DNA of 64,000 nt from the NCBI RefSeq assembly GCF_009914755.1, contig NC_060937.1. One strand, written 5' to 3'. This stretch comes from the human T2T-CHM13v2.0 reference genome, Homo sapiens. Positions 61,006-64,000 of the stretch are shown in pieces. The notes beneath the pieces were generated by a model. It was not told the origin of the DNA and did no database searches. It was given only the letters and a program-made list of their open reading frames with translations. The first letter of the stretch is position 1. Every line of letters begins with the position of its first letter. The position numbers were made by a program, and so were the translations under genes.

Positions 61006-62276
61006 TTAGGTTGGTGCAAACGTTATCGTAGTTTCGGACCGTAAATTTTAAATCATTGTAACTAAGCTCAAACCCATTTTTATGAATCAAAATAGGAACC
61101 ATTACAATCAATACTTTTTGCCAAAGAGAAATAAGTTTGCTTATTCCTGTAGCATAAAAATCCCTGCTTTGGGATTGGATGAACTCTTGGAAAGCATTTT
61201 CTGCATTCTGCTGGTTGTGGAAGTGTTTTCCCTGCAAAAAGTTGTCGAGATGCTTGAAGAAGTGGTAGTCAGTTGGTGAGAGGTCAGGTGAATATGATGG
61301 ATGAGGCAAAACTTCGTAGCCCAATTTGTTCAACTTTTGAAGCATTGGTTGTGCAAAGCATGGTCAGGAGTTGTTGTGGAGAAGAATTGGGCCCCTTCTG
61401 TTGATCAATGCTGGCTGCAAGCGATGCAGTTTTTGGAGCATTTCATCAATTTGCTGAGCATACTTCTCAGATGTAATGGTTTAATAGGGATTCAAAAAAC
61501 TGTAGTGGATCAGACCTGCAGCAGACCACCAAACAGTGAGCATGTCCTTTTTTTGGTGCAATTTTGGCTTTGGGAAGTGCTTTGGAGCTTCTTCTCAATC
61601 CAATCAATGAGCCGGTCGTTGCTGGCTGTCATATAAAATCCACTTTTCATGGCATGTCACAATGCAATAGAGAAATGGTTTGTTGTTGCATAGAATAAAA
61701 GAGGATGACACTTCAAAGCAACGATTGTTTTTTATTTTCACTCAGCTCATGAGGCACCCACTTATCAAGCTTTTTCACCTTTCCAATTTGCTTCAAATGC
61801 CAAAGGACCATAGAATGATCAACGTTGAGTTCTTTGGCAACTTATCTTGCAGTTGTAAGAGGATCAACTTTGATAATTGCTCTCAACTGGTTGTTAACTT
61901 CTGATGGCCAGCCACTGGGCTCCTCATCTTCAAGGCTCTTGTCTCTTTTGCAAAACATCTTGAACCACCTGCACTGTACATTCATTCCTGGGCCAAATGT
62001 GTCATTTATGTTGCGAGTTGTCTCCACTGCTTTATGACCCATTTTGAATTCGAATAAGAAAGCCACTTTAATTTGCTTTATGTCTAACATCATTTTCATA
62101 GGCTAAATTAAACAAAAAATAAACAGCAAGTTATAAGTCGTTAGCAAAAAAACGTAAAATGAGAAATACCCGTTAAAATGACATATAACACAACCACATT
62201 TTTTAAAGAATGCATTCCAATATTAAACGCAAATTCCAACAATACAAAAACCTCAATTACTTTTGTACCAACCTAA
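61006..62276 (-). mobile_element. Hsmar1 mariner DNA transposon, near full length (1271 bp)
   Basis: TIRs ttaggttggtgcaaa... and ...caattacttttgtaccaacctaa, each flanked by TA; internal transposase remnants. Confidence 0.97.
61083..62099 (-). pseudogene. Hsmar1: Disrupted Hsmar1 mariner transposase
   Basis: N-terminus MMLDIKQIKVAFLFEFKMGHKAVETTRNIN, LDKWVPHEL motif (~61744-61770) and HPSYSPDLSPTDYHFFKHLDNFLQGK; broken by stops and frameshifts. Confidence 0.95.
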
Positions 62277-62339
62277 TAACTCTTTTTATTCAGCACCATG
62301 GTCCTATCAAGCATACACTAGATACTTGACAGATATCTT

Positions 62340-62505
62340 TATTTTAAAAAAGCAAGTTGCAAAGTGGGTATTCTCATTCCATTCATTCCATTTCACAGAT
62401 AAGGAAATGAGACATAGTAGTTAAACAACTGGATCAAGGTCACACAGCTGGTAAACACTGAGCATGGAATTCTACCTGCCTGGCTCTAGTAGTTACAGTT
62501 TTCCA
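62340..62505 (-). mobile_element. MIR
   Basis: ccatttcacagataaggaaatgagac...caaggtcacacagctggtaa. Confidence 0.85.
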
Positions 62506-62581
62506 TGTCCATGATACAGCCCAAACATCTGCTTACAGCTTTGCCTACTTATAAAGTCACATCATAGTAGCTTTTTAAGAG

Positions 62582-63117
<536 letters not shown>

Positions 63118-63474
63118 TGATATGGTTTGTCTGTGTCCCCACCCAAACCTCATCTTGAATTCCCAAGTGTTGTGGGAGGGACTGGGTGAGAGGCAATTGA
63201 ATCATGGGGGCAAGTCTTTCCCGTGCTGTTCTCCTGTTAGTGATTAAGCCTCATGAGATCTGATGGTTTTAAAAAGAGGAGTTCCCCTGCACAAGCTCTC
63301 TCTCTTTGCCTGCTGCCATCCATGTAAGACCTGATTTGCTCTTTTTTGCTTTCCACCATGATTGTGAGGCTTCCCCAGCCACGTGGAATTGTAAGTCCAA
63401 TTAAACCTCTTTCTTTTGTAAATTGCCCAGTCTTGGGTTTATCTCTATCAGCAGCATGAAAACGGACTAATACA
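63118..63474 (+). mobile_element. THE1A/B MaLR solo LTR
   Basis: tgatatggttt...ggactaataca termini with a perfect TSD gccac. Confidence 0.95.
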
Positions 63475-64000
63475 GCCACATAATCTTTTTTAGGACATTC
63501 CTATTGACCTCTCCTGTCACAGAGCTTGTAGATCAATGGCCTCCTGGATCTGTGCAGAGGCTGGTGGGAGATGGACATTGACATTAGGCAGGCTCTGCTG
63601 CATGGCAGCTGCAGAAGGAGCTCACATTTCATCAATTGCTTTTTAATGACATCTCCTTCAACACCCCCTTCCCCTAAAATCTCTGTTCTTTAACTGCTTC
63701 TTCCAGATTACCAACAGAAAAGACAGAGGAGGACATATCTTTTCTTCCTTCCCAAAGCACCCTCCTTTGTTGCTCCTGACCTAAATGTAGTCACACAGGC
63801 AGCTAAATCACAGTCATGGTGAAGCCAGCCCTATTCATCCTTCTCAATGATACCATTCTTCTGGACTTTTCAAAATAAAGAATCTAATAATGCTCCATCT
63901 TTATAGAAAGCAATTTCTTTAATTTTAGGTGAATTTGATGATTTGGCTTTTATTCAGAGCTCTTTTAAGGGCCTTATTCTTCTCCTTTCTTTTTTTGTAT

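Noticed and set aside
61301-61636. 111-aa plus-strand ORF
   Set aside because: It is an antisense frame of the Hsmar1 transposase fossil.
61083-62099. Possible SETMAR exon or active transposase
   Set aside because: The ORF is fragmented, both TIRs and TA TSDs are present, and no SET-domain exons are seen, so it is a dead genomic Hsmar1 copy.

Overview
This is primate genomic DNA, most likely human: it carries AluJ, AluS and AluY copies, THE1 LTRs and an Hsmar1 mariner. It is AT-rich, CpG-poor and dominated by interspersed repeats. These include about 19 Alu/FLAM/FRAM copies, many old L1M fragments, L2, MIR, L3/CR1, MaLR/ERVL/ERV1 solo LTRs and DNA transposon fossils (a near-full-length Hsmar1, MADE2, MER5, Charlie-type). 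I recognise no intact protein-coding gene, tRNA, rRNA or CpG island, and nearly all listed ORFs are chance frames in repeats. The only recognisable protein is the broken Hsmar1 transposase, so the window looks intergenic or deep-intronic. I cannot support a claim of a new biological system. The best leads are an old ~310-bp duplication of apparently unique DNA (17998-18307 / 19607-19912), a mirror-image L1 junction at ~11987 with two reciprocally mosaic Alus, candidate non-coding exons, and several template-switch or repair scars. Subfamily names come from recalled consensus sequences and boundaries are approximate.
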